Source: Anthoceros angustus
Taxonomy: Eukaryota > Plantae > Anthocerotophyta
Assembly (NCBI GenBank): GCA_010909165.1
Contig: VJWM01000025.1
Span: forward strand, 372,001 to 436,000
Direction of reading: 5' to 3'
Length of the DNA: 64,000 bases
Positions 1 through 11,877 of the stretch are shown one piece after another (the stretch's first letter is position 1; every line of letters starts with the position of its first letter). Position numbers and translations under genes: made by a program. The notes beneath the pieces are model-generated. The model was not told the origin of the DNA. It saw only the letters and a program-made list of their open reading frames with translations, and did no database searches.

Positions 1-1086
1 AAAGTTTCTTACCGACCAAAGGGGTTGATTAGGCCGATGATCTTACTTGTCAAGGCGCTTTGATTGAGCTTAGTGTACATGGATCGTCGAGTGCAAAAAT
101 TTTGAGGAGTGGCCTCGGGATACACCATTCGTGGTGCAATTGCCTAAACACGGACACTTCTCACCGCAGATTTGGAGTGGGTGTGCTCCTCTCGAGCCAT
201 TCAAATGGGTACATAGGCATCGGATGATTCGTGTTGCTCACATCTTGATGGACAGTGGTGGACTTTGTATGGTATGAGCGCAAACAAAGAGCATCCAACA
301 AATTTCTATAAGAAGGATTCAAAGGGACCCAATAAGCTCTTGAAACCTATAACACCGCTGCCCAATACGCCCTTTCCTACGAGGTACCATCGATTTTTTC
401 CGTTGACTTTAAGCGGTAGTCTTCACTTCACCTTATCTTACATGTGGCACTCAGGCAGACAATGACTTGTGGGATTTAGGGTAGCCTTACTTATCGCCAT
501 GTGAGGCGGCTGCTCGTTCGAGCGTTACGGCGTCTTGGTGTTCATATGGGCCCGAGGATTTTCGACAATCTAGTCCTCAAGGCCTCTTAAGTGTTCAAAC
601 AAATAAGTGCAAAAATTGCGAGGAGAGAGTGTGAAGCATGGATGTCAAGCTAACTTTCGTGTAAAGCGATTATTCTTTGTGGCCCATGGTTAGATTGGCT
701 TGTATGAAGACAATCATCTTGATTTGGGGCTGCTATTTGTCATGGTTCCGCTTACAGCTGCCTCGAGATGTTCGAGCAGCTTTCTCATGAGAAGAAGGAG
801 TGGGTCCGCTTGCTTTGCAAGGTGTCCGTCGATGAAATTATGTGTCGACACAAGGATGCTGTGTTCATGAAGGTAAATAATTCAGCAGAGCCATGCGAAC
901 ACGTTAGAGATGACTACATGTTACGGCAAGATGTTTTGAACATTGCTTCTCAGTTGGATATAGGTGAATACAAGCTTCATGTTGATGATTGCACCTCTGT
1001 TTCCATGTTGATGACCCTACCATTGATCACGAGTAGAAAATGGATGACTCCATCCAAGAATGATGACAGTGTGTACCTCGACTCAG
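1..1086 (+). pseudogene. Indel-riddled copy of a SWIM-zinc-finger/MULE-related gene fragment (duplicate of about 1392-2496)
   Basis: Near-identical to 1392-2496 but with many small deletions. Encodes fragments HEKKEWVR..KVSVDEIMCRH..RDDYMLRQDVLNIASQLDIGEYKLHVDDCTSV. Confidence 0.55.
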
Positions 1087-1457
1087 TGCCTACACATCGA
1101 TGGAAGTTAACATTATGCAACCTCAAGGAAGCTAATAAGAGCTATATAATATGACAGATACAAGTGTGCCAAAGCCATTCCCTTCGCCAACGACGCGGCC
1201 TTACGTTCTCATCCTCCGTCGGAAATTTTGAACCGTTGTGTACACCACAGGCTATATTGCGGTGTGGCGGTGCGGGCATCACGCGATAGTAAACCATGCG
1301 CCAATTACGCTTACAATACCTAGCTTCGTGGCAACCACCATTAACCCTAATGTTCATTCAAGCGATTGCCCAAATTCACGTCGCTATGTTCAAAGTTTAC
1401 TTCGTGACCAAAGGGGTTGATTAGGCCGATGATCTTACTTGTCAAGGGCAGCTTTGA

Positions 1458-2519
1458 TTGAGCTTAGTGTACATGGATCGTACCGAGTGCAAAAATTTTG
1501 AGGAGTGGCCTCGGGATACACCATTCGTGGTGCAATTGCCTAAACCTGGACACTTCTCAGCTGCAGATTTGGAGTGGGTGTGCTCCTCTCAGAGCCATTC
1601 GAAATGGGTACATAGGCATCAGCGGATGATTCGTGTTGCTCACATCTTGATGGACAGAGTGGTGGACTTTGTAGCTGGTATGAGCGCAAACAAAGAGCAT
1701 CCAACAAATTTCTATAAGAAGGATTCAAAGGGACCCAATAAGCTCTTGAAACCTATAAAAATCATACACCCTTTCCTACGAGGTACCATCCGATTTTTTC
1801 CGTTGACTTTAAGCGGTAGTCTTCACTTCACCTTATCTTACATGTGGCACAGACAATGACTTGTGGGATTTAGGGTAGCCTTACTTATCGCCATGTGAGG
1901 CGGCTGCTCGTTCGAGCGTTACGGCGTCTTGGTGTTCATATGGGCCCGAGGATTTTCGACAATCTAGTCCTCAAGGCCTCTTAAGTGTTCAAACAGCGAA
2001 GTGCAAAATTGCGAGAGGAGAGAGTGTGAAGCATGGATGTCAAGCTAACTTTCGTGTAAGCGATTATTCTTTGTGGCCCATGGTTAGATTGGCTTGTATG
2101 AAGACAATCATACTGATTTGGGGGCTGCTATTTGTCATGGTTCCGCTTACACAGGCCTGCCTCGAGATGTTCGAGCAGCTTGGCTTTCTCATGAGAAGAA
2201 GGAGTGGGTCCGCCACTGCTTGTACTGCAAGGTGTCCGTCGATGAAATTATGTGTCGACACAAGGATGCTGTGTTCATGAAGGTAAATAATTCAGCAGAG
2301 CCATGCGAACACGTTAGAGATGACTACATGTTACGGCAAGATGTTTTGAACATTGCTTCTCAGTTGGATATAGGTGAATACAAGCTTCATGTTGATGATT
2401 GCACCTCTGTTTCCATGTTGATGACCCTACCATTGATCACGAGTAGAAAATGGATGACTCCATCCAAGAATGATGACAGTGTGTACCTCGACTCAGAATC
2501 ATTCCTCAACTATGTATAA
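1458..2519 (+). pseudogene. Fragment of a SWIM-zinc-finger/MULE-transposase-related protein (similar to the plant At1g60560-like family), frameshifted and truncated
   Basis: Motifs WCSYGPED, KHGCQANFRV, CHG, VSVDEIMCRH, RDD..L, Y.L..DD..SV match the plant SWIM-ZnF family as recalled (WCSFGPDD, KRGCxCHFIVKRL, GVSVETIMQRH). Split across frames. Confidence 0.55.
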
Positions 2520-3116
2520 CCTACCTTGGTTGTCAAGCTATGAAGAAATGTACCTTGGTTCTTAAGCTAGGAGGAAATGCAAGTTGCGTATCAGGCGGAG
2601 CTTGGTAAGCATAAAGAGGTTGTAAAACTTGACAACTCTATCATGCAACCTCAAGGAAGCTAATAAGAGCTATATAATATGACGGCAAGATACAAGTGTG
2701 CCACTGAAGTTAACATTGTCTGGCTGCAACCCTGATTCTCGCATCTATTGACATAAGGTGATGGCCTGCGAGGGCTGATCGTGTCACCTAACCTTTACAG
2801 GGCTCTTCTCTGTGTTCTCTTCGATGATCTATGCTCTTTAGGTTGTTACCACTATACTTCACTCTCCCGCTTGCTTTGCCTTAACATGACCCATCGGATT
2901 CGCCACTATGACGGTCACTGTTGATAAGGATGAAGGCTCCCAAGGTGTTTCCCACCTTCCATCTCTTTAGTCCCTCCTCCCTAAAGATTTTGAGTAGAAT
3001 ACCTCTAGTAAAATTCAAGGCTCTAACCATTACAACCGAGAAATTCTAAGTATGGATTGAAAAAAATGGAAGGCTCCAAAGCCCAAGGACAAGTTTCTTA
3101 CAATATTTGTTTTCTC

Positions 3117-3314
3117 CCTATCAAAGTTGTCTCCTATGATTTCAAGTATCCTATCAAAGTTGTCTCCCATGATTTCAAGTATCCTATCAAAGTTATCTCC
3201 CATGATTTCAAGTATCCTATCAAAGTTGTCTCCCATGATTTCAAGTATCCTATCAAAGTTGTCTCCCATGATTTCAAGTATCCTATCAAAGTTGTCTCCC
3301 AAGATTCCAAGTAT
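3117..3314. repeat. 33-bp tandem repeat x6 (CCTATCAAAGTTGTCTCCCATGATTTCAAGTAT)
   Basis: Directly visible; produces the periodic ORFs in several frames. Confidence 0.95.
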
Positions 3315-4006
3315 CACAAGAAAGCGGAGACGCTGCTTGCGAATCTGGATTGAGGAACCTTGCTCCGCAGGACCAGAACAACCTTGCAAAGTACACTTTG
3401 GCTATTGAAAAGATGAATTTGGAAAAATGGAAAGGGATGATTGAGAAAAGGTTTTCGAGATACCACCGAGTCTCAAATAAATAATGCCCTTGATTCTTTT
3501 TACAAGTTATATATTGAAGTGCAGAAAGATCAATTTCGTCCCAAACTCGAAGATGAGCAAGTTTGTTTGCTTGTTATTGTTCGAGTGCCTTTGACAATGC
3601 ATACGACAAGGCCATCTTAACTGCGCATTATCTATTGGACTACCTGAAAATAGAATCATTGCGGTTTACTACGAGCCCATGTTGTTGTTCGCATGGAACG
3701 GCGATGAGAGGGAAACCATGGCTACCATTTGTTGTCAGCACCACACTCAAGCTAGGTCCCGGGAAACGCACGCCGGGTACTCGATGCATTCTTCGAAGCC
3801 AAGCAGGGTCTACCCTGTATGACGGGCTCCAATGGAACCAGGCCAAGGCACGGGTTTTTAATAGTATCTATTATTCACAAACGGGCTCCAATGGAACCAG
3901 GCCAAGCCACGATTTTTAAAAGTATCTATTATTAGGCAAACAGTAGCCAATATCATAAACGCGATACCGTGATAAGTTTCTTAGAGAAATGTTATGCATA
4001 TATAGA

Positions 4007-4042
4007 GTTATGTAGAGGCATATATATATGCCTCTACATAAC
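4007..4042. repeat. Perfect 36-bp palindrome GTTATGTAGAGGCATATATATATGCCTCTACATAAC
   Basis: The sequence equals its own reverse complement. Confidence 0.95.
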
Positions 4043-5601
4043 ATTTGCCTCTCCCCTTCCTCCTCTCCTCCTCTTCCTCCCCCTCCTCTCCCCCTTCTGC
4101 TCTTCTTCCCCTCCTTCTCCTTGCCTCCGAACACAGAGTGAGCCTCGGACCCACGAACTTAGACATAGGTAAATAATATTATGTTTAGGTCACCTTTAAA
4201 GGTGATGCTTAATGGGCATGTTCTTTGTGATATTCGTGTGGGCACCATTAACAAATAGTTGTGAAGAGAGTGCAAAGAAGAGCGCTAGGAAAACATTAAC
4301 TAATTGTACTCCCAATGGGGTGTAATAAAGATGGGGGGGAGAGAGAGAGAGAGGGTCCTGTTCTGATCATGTTGCAATTGCATGAGGAATTCATAAACAA
4401 TGCGTATGAGAGAGGGATGTAGTTAAGAGGGTGAAGTGGTAGGAGAGAGAGCCGGGTTCGTGTTAAGATTGTAGGCCCACTTGGGGAAAGAAATGACAAA
4501 CTCAATACCAAGCCTCCAAATGATGTTGCAAGTTAGAAGTGTAACATAAAATTGCAACAACGACTGTAACATAGGCTGCCCTTTCTAGTAGGGATACCCG
4601 CTCTTTATGTGTCACGATGTAGTGATGCCAATTGCGCATTGTGAAAGGCACTTCAGACTCGTGCTAATTCTTGGGAAATTGAGCATAAGATGAACTTTTA
4701 AATTTGCCACAGCCGCCGTTTAGAAAAAGAAAAAGCAAGAAGATGTGAATCAGCTGAAAGCAGGACAATGTCAAAGGAGGAAGATAATTTTGGTGGTCCA
4801 AGTTACAACGCAACATAACAGCATGTAATACAGTCTACCTACAAACACTTACCCCCGAGCTTCTAACTCTTCTCTAACTAAGAAGTATTTGATGTTGCTT
4901 AGGTACCCGTTGTTTTAAATTTTGTAAAGATTTGGAGTATGTAGCCCATCCATACACTGAAGGTGACAATAAGAGAGGAGCTCCGGGCCCTCCGGCAATT
5001 TCCATTGAAATACCAGACAACTTGGAGAAATTGGGGTTTAGCAGGAGATCTCTTATCCGCTTCAACAAAACATTGTATGTAGAAGCTTGTGTCGAACAGG
5101 ATTCCCACATTCTCGAAAAAGAAAAAAACTAAATTCTCAAACCTTGGCAAAGTGTTTCACCAAACTCCCCTGGAAACTCGAGCACCAAGTCCATAGCTTG
5201 CAATATGACATGGCTGATGGGCAACAAAAGTTGTCTGTGTCATAGTCCTTACGTCTCTCTAGGTAGACTATTTTCCATGCTGTTTTATTCAATTGTAACC
5301 TTGATCAGCAAAATTATCAAAGATAAAATTACCGCCAAAGTTATCAGGACCTCTAGAGCCATTTTTGCAATCTCCACCAGAACTATAATTTTAGGGATTT
5401 GATAGACTTCATGGCCTGGAAGAGCCAAGGTGTAAGGGCCAAGTGGTTGAGAGCAAGAGCAAGGTCCTAGGCGAGGTGAGCAGGTGCAAATTGCTAAGAA
5501 GGAAAAACGTCTACCGTGGTAGGAAGCTGGCAAGTGGTGTAGGAATTGCAGGCGAAGCACTCCTTTTTCTCGATTTCGTACAGGAAATCACCAAGGAAGC
5601 C

Positions 5602-6873
5602 ATGACTAAGCCTACCACGACCAAGGGCAAGGAGGTGGCTGCCAAGGATGGGACGTCCACCAAGGGAGGTGGCGCAGGGAAGGATAAAAAGTCTAAGGCA
5701 GGAGGTGCAAGCTCCAGGAAATGGAAATTCGACATGGCACAGTTCACGTGCTATGCAGATCAACTGTCCTTCAGGGACCTCGCAGACTTTAGGCCTTGGG
5801 CAGCATAGGAGAACATCCAGCTGGAGTGGGTGTATGGGAGGCATTGGTCTTACACCAACCTGAAATTAATTGAAGAGTGTTTTGCTAACCTGCACCAAAT
5901 AGAGGAAGAATTGGCTGCCTTGCCAGACAGGAACGCACGGACGGATCCACGATGCTGGACAGTGAGGAGTATACGGCAAGTGTATGGCAGGCCAGATAGT
6001 GAAGATAATGGAATCATCTTGATGGAAGGGTCAAGTGGAGGAAAACGTGCAACAACAGCAGACCTTCCTAAGGGAGCCTTCACACTCATGCAGGGAGGAA
6101 TAAAGGCCAAGACCAAGAATGGATAGTGGACTGACTAGGTGCTGGAACCCAAGTGGAGGTTGTTCACGAAGATTGTTTTAGGCTTGGTAAGCAATCAGTG
6201 TGTATCATACTTCAACACCACCTTCCTGCATTTCTTGTGGAAGGTAACTCAAGGAGCAAAGCCAGATTGGGGGTTGATCATGTACGAAGCTTACACCTAC
6301 CACCGGGAGAAGTTTCTGAAGCCTAACGCATCGGATGAAGGGAGTCCGCGGCCGTGCTACCTCGGCACTTATCTGGTACACCTATGGGAGGTAGAAGGGC
6401 TGCTAACAAGCAAGGAATTGGATGATTCTAAGCACCCCTTCAACATTGTACATTTACAGCCGGAGGCGAGACATGGTTTGCTCAGTGCCTTACAGGTGAA
6501 AGAGATACCATCAGCACCACCTGGAACATTACTGCTGGAAGGAATCCCTCCGAAGGGTGTGCAAGAGGATGTGCAGGAGGATTTACAAGAAGAAGTTGTA
6601 GAGGAATCCGAGGTTTGGGTCACAGAGGACGAAGAGGTGGAAGGTAGGATGGATTCTTACCATGGTAGGAGCAACTCCTACTACGGTAGGAATCCCTCCC
6701 ACGTACGTAGAGGCGTTCCCACAATGGTATGGGACCCATATCGCCCTCTGAGAACACCTACGGTGGTAGGAGCTAGTCCTACCACGGTAGGAGGCAGACC
6801 TGTGGTGGTAGGAGCGACTCTTAGGTGGGCGAGCGGATGGATTCACAGTGGGAGGGGTTGCCCCACCAAGTGA
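5602..6873 (+). pseudogene. Degenerate retrotransposon-associated ORF (about 420 codons, three in-frame TAG stops)
   Basis: ORFs 5443-5808, 5830-6126 and 6139-6873 share one frame, broken by TAG at 5806, 6124 and 6136. Basic N-terminus, DWGLIMY and YLVHLW motifs and an acidic tail resemble plant LTR-element accessory ORFs. Confidence 0.45.
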
Positions 6874-7899
6874 TGAGAGAGGAGCTCGTCATAGGGAGGT
6901 GATGGATGTAAGATCCCATGAGAAAGGCAAAGGCCTTGAGTCTCCTGGGAGCAAGGGAGGAGACTTGGATGTTTTGGAGGAGATGCTGTGCATAGGGGAA
7001 ATGCTCAGCAAGGTAGATATGGAAGCGGCCAAGAGGAGGGCACCACTAGAGAAACCATTCCCGCCAAAGTTATCAAGGCCTCTAAAAGCATTTTCCGATT
7101 TCCAAAAAGATTTCTCCCATGTCCAAAAACATTTTCACAACCACTTATACTAAACCCCTATTCTATATTATGCACCACGACTGCTAACAAGATTTCTGCA
7201 ATCTCCAGAAAAGTTTCCACATCCACGGGTACGAATTCCCGTTCTATATTATTACTACCACCACCACCACTTAGAAAATTTATGCAATCTCCATTACTAA
7301 TCCCCTGTTTTATATTATTACTAGCACCACGATAACCCCGTTACTAGAATTATTACAATCAATACTACTTTTATGATCGCAGCCTTGACTACAACCATTG
7401 CAACTATGTTTCCTCCTAATGGGTTTTGGGCTTCTTTGCAATGCGTTGCGGATAAGGCTGGGTTCCCATGAACCCGAACCCGAAACCCCTTTTGGTTGAC
7501 AGGGCGAATAGGACAAAGTGAAAGTTTCTTAATTGGGTAAGGCGTGTTTTCCCGGGTCGAAGTTTCGTATGGGTCCCAATTTCAATACCTGCAGAATTTC
7601 GGGGTGACCCATAAATAAGGCACCGGGAACGATATGAAAATCCCGTGACGTTTTTAGAACAGGCCCATTACAAATGGATGGGAAGGGTTGCATGGGATCA
7701 AGGAGTGACCGATACCAATCGGGCCCGACTTTCTCCTTATTGACATTTCATGGTTCTTCTTTTCCTGAGCAGATTTTGCTAGGTTCATCCTTCCAAAATT
7801 GATCATCCAGGGAAGCCTAATTCTCGCTACAACCTTCTACCAGAACCTCTACGAGAACCTTCTAGCAGAGTAGGATGGGACCAAGTGTAGGCGGCCTCG

Positions 7900-8575
7900 A
7901 TGCCAGGTATGGTGGCGGTGAAGCACGTGGGTGATTTGTGCTCCGCAGTTGCAGTTACATTTGCCCTCCAGAGGAAGCTAGATGGTCCAGGCAGCTTCTC
8001 TTGTGCCCATCCAGTTGCAACGCCGGAAGAGAAATCTCCCCGCCATTTTGTCTTGAGGTATAGCAGCGCCAGGAGAAGGCGTCGCCCAATGGCTTCACGA
8101 GACGTTTGATAAGCAGGTAGTCTGGTTGGATACTCAGGAACACTCCCTGAGCAAACAATGGCAAGAGGCGGCCCGGCTGTGGACTCATTGGATGTCCTGG
8201 TGCAGGGAGGATGTCATGTCACTCTCACCACCATCTTCTACCGTCTCCTCAGGATGTGCGTGGCACACAAGGATCTTGTTTGTGCTAGGCGCGTCCTTGG
8301 GCTTGCCCTGTCCAGTGGCTATGGTTTTGATGGTTGGCCAGCCAGATCGTTTCCTTGGGTACTTCTCTTGGCGCACTGGAGGATGCAGCCCAGGTGTTCG
8401 CCGAGGCCCCTGCCCCCAACACACACGTGTGGTGCTCCATCATTTCAGCTCATGCCCAACACGGCCAGCCCTTGCAGGCCATTACCCTATATCGACAGAT
8501 ACGAGAATCAGGGTAGAAACCGGATAGCCATTTCCTCATGGCAGTGCGCAAAGCTTGTGCTTCTGCAGGCGACCC
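7900..8575 (+). pseudogene. Truncated, frameshifted PLS-PPR gene (N-terminal part only)
   Basis: AVDSLDVLVQGGCHV..IFYRLLRMCVAHKDL..ARRV and LEDAAQVF..PNTHVWCSIISAHAQHGQPLQAITLYRQIRES parallel the N-termini of the PPR genes at 15 kb and 38.6 kb, but lie in different frames. Confidence 0.8.
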
Positions 8576-11500
8576 ATTTCGATCCATCAATCACGAGAGC
8601 TGAGTCTTACAATCGGACCGGGGTCCCAAACGGCACCAAATGAAAACCAGGGCTAAGTCACCAGACGTGACGGCTTCACAAGAGAGCCCCAATGAAAATT
8701 GGCCAGCCAAATCAATCCAATCTACAACAAGAAGGTGGAAGCTAGGACAACATTTTGTTTCAGCGAATTCGAGAGCCTCCTCTCCCCGAGCCTACTTTTG
8801 AAGATGCGGGAAACACTGGCCCAAGCCATGCTTCGGATGTTTTGCTTCGGCGTGCTCTTTACATTTGGCTTCACTGGTTGTACACATGAATGTCTGCATG
8901 CACACCTTGCACTGCACAGGAGCAACACCACGAAATACTTCAACACACACGACGAAGGGAAAATGCGACGGAAATTAAAAAACAACCGCGTGACTGAAGA
9001 GAAGAAATTTTACTTGAATTGTCATGGCCTGTTTGTTGCTCTCCAGCTGGCTCCCTGTTGCAGTGCTACAGAAATAAGCCGAGGAATCGTTTTTCAAGGC
9101 AGGATGATGCTACAAACATGGCACAATTTAATACAACACCACATAGCCAGGCACCAACAATCTTTCCCCTCCCACGCAGCCCCGCTAGGCGTGCCACACA
9201 GATTTGAACAATACTCCTGGCTGTGGCCTGGCCAGGCCAGGCCAGAGCCAAGCCAAGGTGCGGAGGTAGAAGGGAGGGATTGGCTAACCTTTTCCAGCGC
9301 CTTTCAACTTCTCGGCGTTCCTTTCGCGGGCCATTTTGGCCTTCTGGCCATTGCCACCTCCCATAGTCGCCTCTACTGTGGCCGCCTAAAACGCTAATAC
9401 GACGACGCCTCACAGCTGCTCGCTAGGGCTTCACCCGAGCTCCTCCTGCTGCTGGCTTCCACCGATTTCCAGCCACCACCACCAACCAGGCAGAATCCCG
9501 TGAGAAGGAGAGGGCGGGAGGCAGGAAGGGAAGGAGGGAAAAAAACACGAAACTCAGTAAGCCAAGCCAGTCATCAATACAGGAAACCCTAACTAGGCGC
9601 TACATAAAGCTCGTTACACATGCATCCGATTCCTTGCATTTATACCCCTGTCCCGGACCCCGACATCATGCCACCGATTAGAATAATGGATAAACAATAG
9701 CTCGTCCACCTTCCTGTGACGGTGCGACCCTACGTCTCCAAGCTGTTTCAACTTCTCTGCGGGCCGATTCATCATCCCATGTATACGTGTGTGAGCATAA
9801 AGTGGTCGTCGTTAAATAACAATATCGCTAATATCGTGCCTAACAGATTGATGTCGGTGCGACTATAGATATACAGAGTTCCATATAAAGACACATTCTA
9901 GTTAGTTCTTGGTCCAATATGCTCCCACGAGATGCTGCCACTAGGCTCAAAAGGCGGTCGAGTGGCATCGTCGCAGCCTCTAATAGCATGATACCAAGTC
10001 CAGGAGCTTCCCGGGCTTGCCAGCACCGCCACCGCCGGTGCCGGCAATAGCTCAGAAGCACACCTCTGGCGGTGGTGGTGACAAGGGAATCATGGACCCG
10101 CAGCCTGCAGGCGTCCCAAAAACTGGTGGTTCTCCTTCGATGTGTTGCTCTCATGCTTGCTCTCCGTGGAATGAATGTGGCATGGTGAAGTATAGTACAA
10201 AACATTGCCCGAGAACACGGCTCTGAGGTCGGTAAAGAAAGAGTCGGAAACAGGGGCCATCACTGTCAGGGTTGGAACTTGGCACGACTGCTCCAGGTCT
10301 GGAGCTGCAACCGGTGACGCTGCATGGGTGCACATGGGGAGAGGGGCACCATCACGATGCGCACTGAAGGTGAACGGAAAACGAGAAGGGGAGGATTCTT
10401 GCTTGCAAGTTGCGTCCACGGATAGAGCACATAAAATCCTGCACGCCTTCGGCCATTTTTAGGGCCAGTGCCATGGACTTGCGTTTCCTGCAAGGGACAG
10501 GCGACATCCTCTGTGCACTACGTTTTTGACCACCCTCAGCCTGAGATTCTCCTCCTTGAATCGGGATAGATTGAAAGCTTCGAGGGTTCACATTACTGTA
10601 TATATGGCTTCAAAAGGTTACAGTGCTCTCTGTACATGGGCATGAATAGATGCCTTGAAGGTCTCTCTTGTGGTGGTAACCTTGCCAAGTTTGCTAGCCA
10701 CATCCACTTTGTCTGGACGGCCAGCCGTGCATCGGACACAGTCCCAAGGTCCTCCACCATCAACCCGCCTCTTCACCTGGGACTGCTGTGTCGGCTGATG
10801 AACTCCTAGTACATGCTAAGCTGGTCCATGGTTTTTTTGGTGGGCGATTAGCTAGTCCTCGTCGTCATGTCAGAAGATTGGCGATATAAGACGTCCCTGG
10901 ACCATCATTCACAAGGTCCTCGTGCTCGCAAACAAATTTAGGTGGACATGTGTATCTCGCCCTGTTGGATATCTTACAAGGCTTGCCATTCTCCAGTCAC
11001 GAAGACTCTTGCCAATGCCCCCTTTCATCAGGAGGGATCCGCCATTCTGAATTCATGTAAATGCCCCTCACAAGCAACGCTCCAATAATGCCATGAGCTT
11101 TCCTGATGCCGAGACACGTTGTGGTCCCAAGCAGCGAGACATGATACCTTCCACTGCTTACATAACATCACTAAACCCGTGCTGAGCACATCCGGCCAAC
11201 AAAACCTTCCATTCAATCCCATCATTCGTTCGTCAACCTGGCCAGTCACAATATTGTGCAAGCATTTGTGAGGCTGCCGCATTCTCCATGCATGTTCGTC
11301 TTGGCACAGACACCACGAAGCATCTGCGTGCATCTAATTGGCATGATCAGATATAGACCAGAGCAGCCAAGTCCCTTGGTTCGTACCACCAAGGTTGAGC
11401 CAGAGACGACTCCCAGAATGCCTCTTGTTGCCGTTTACTCATACAAAAACAGATGGCAACAGGCATGCAAAGCCACCTCATAGCTACGGTTGCAGATGAC

Positions 11501-11877
11501 CTCTGTGGCAAAATTGACATATCCCTCAAGTTCATTGGGGGAGCTTGAACCAGAGCGGACCCGCCCATCTCCAAGCCACTCAATTTTGATGGACCAAAAA
11601 GACCAATTTTGAATGCCATTTAAGGCTCTCCTCGTATGTATGCAGACTTGCTGATATCACGCCACTCCGGCTCTCTGACTGCAAATCCTCGGTGTAGCAG
11701 TATGTGTCACCGCATTCCCCTGTAGATGCACAGTTCGATCATTCAATAGCGAAGCACCCCCCCTGTCCCTCTTTCCACATGGTGATCATGCGGAAAACCA
11801 AACAAGACAAATCCCTGCACATAAACAGCACAGAGAGACGAGAGGGAAAGCACTGGGACATCACAGTGTAAATTTCA

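Noticed and set aside
5602-6873. In-frame TAG stops as possible U-to-C editing targets
   Set aside because: Editing by these factors is organellar. CAG-to-TAG or TGG-to-TAG changes are the expected methylation-driven decay of a nuclear TE.
8699-11650. Several 100-230 aa ORFs
   Set aside because: No recognisable motifs or consistent exon structure; left unannotated.
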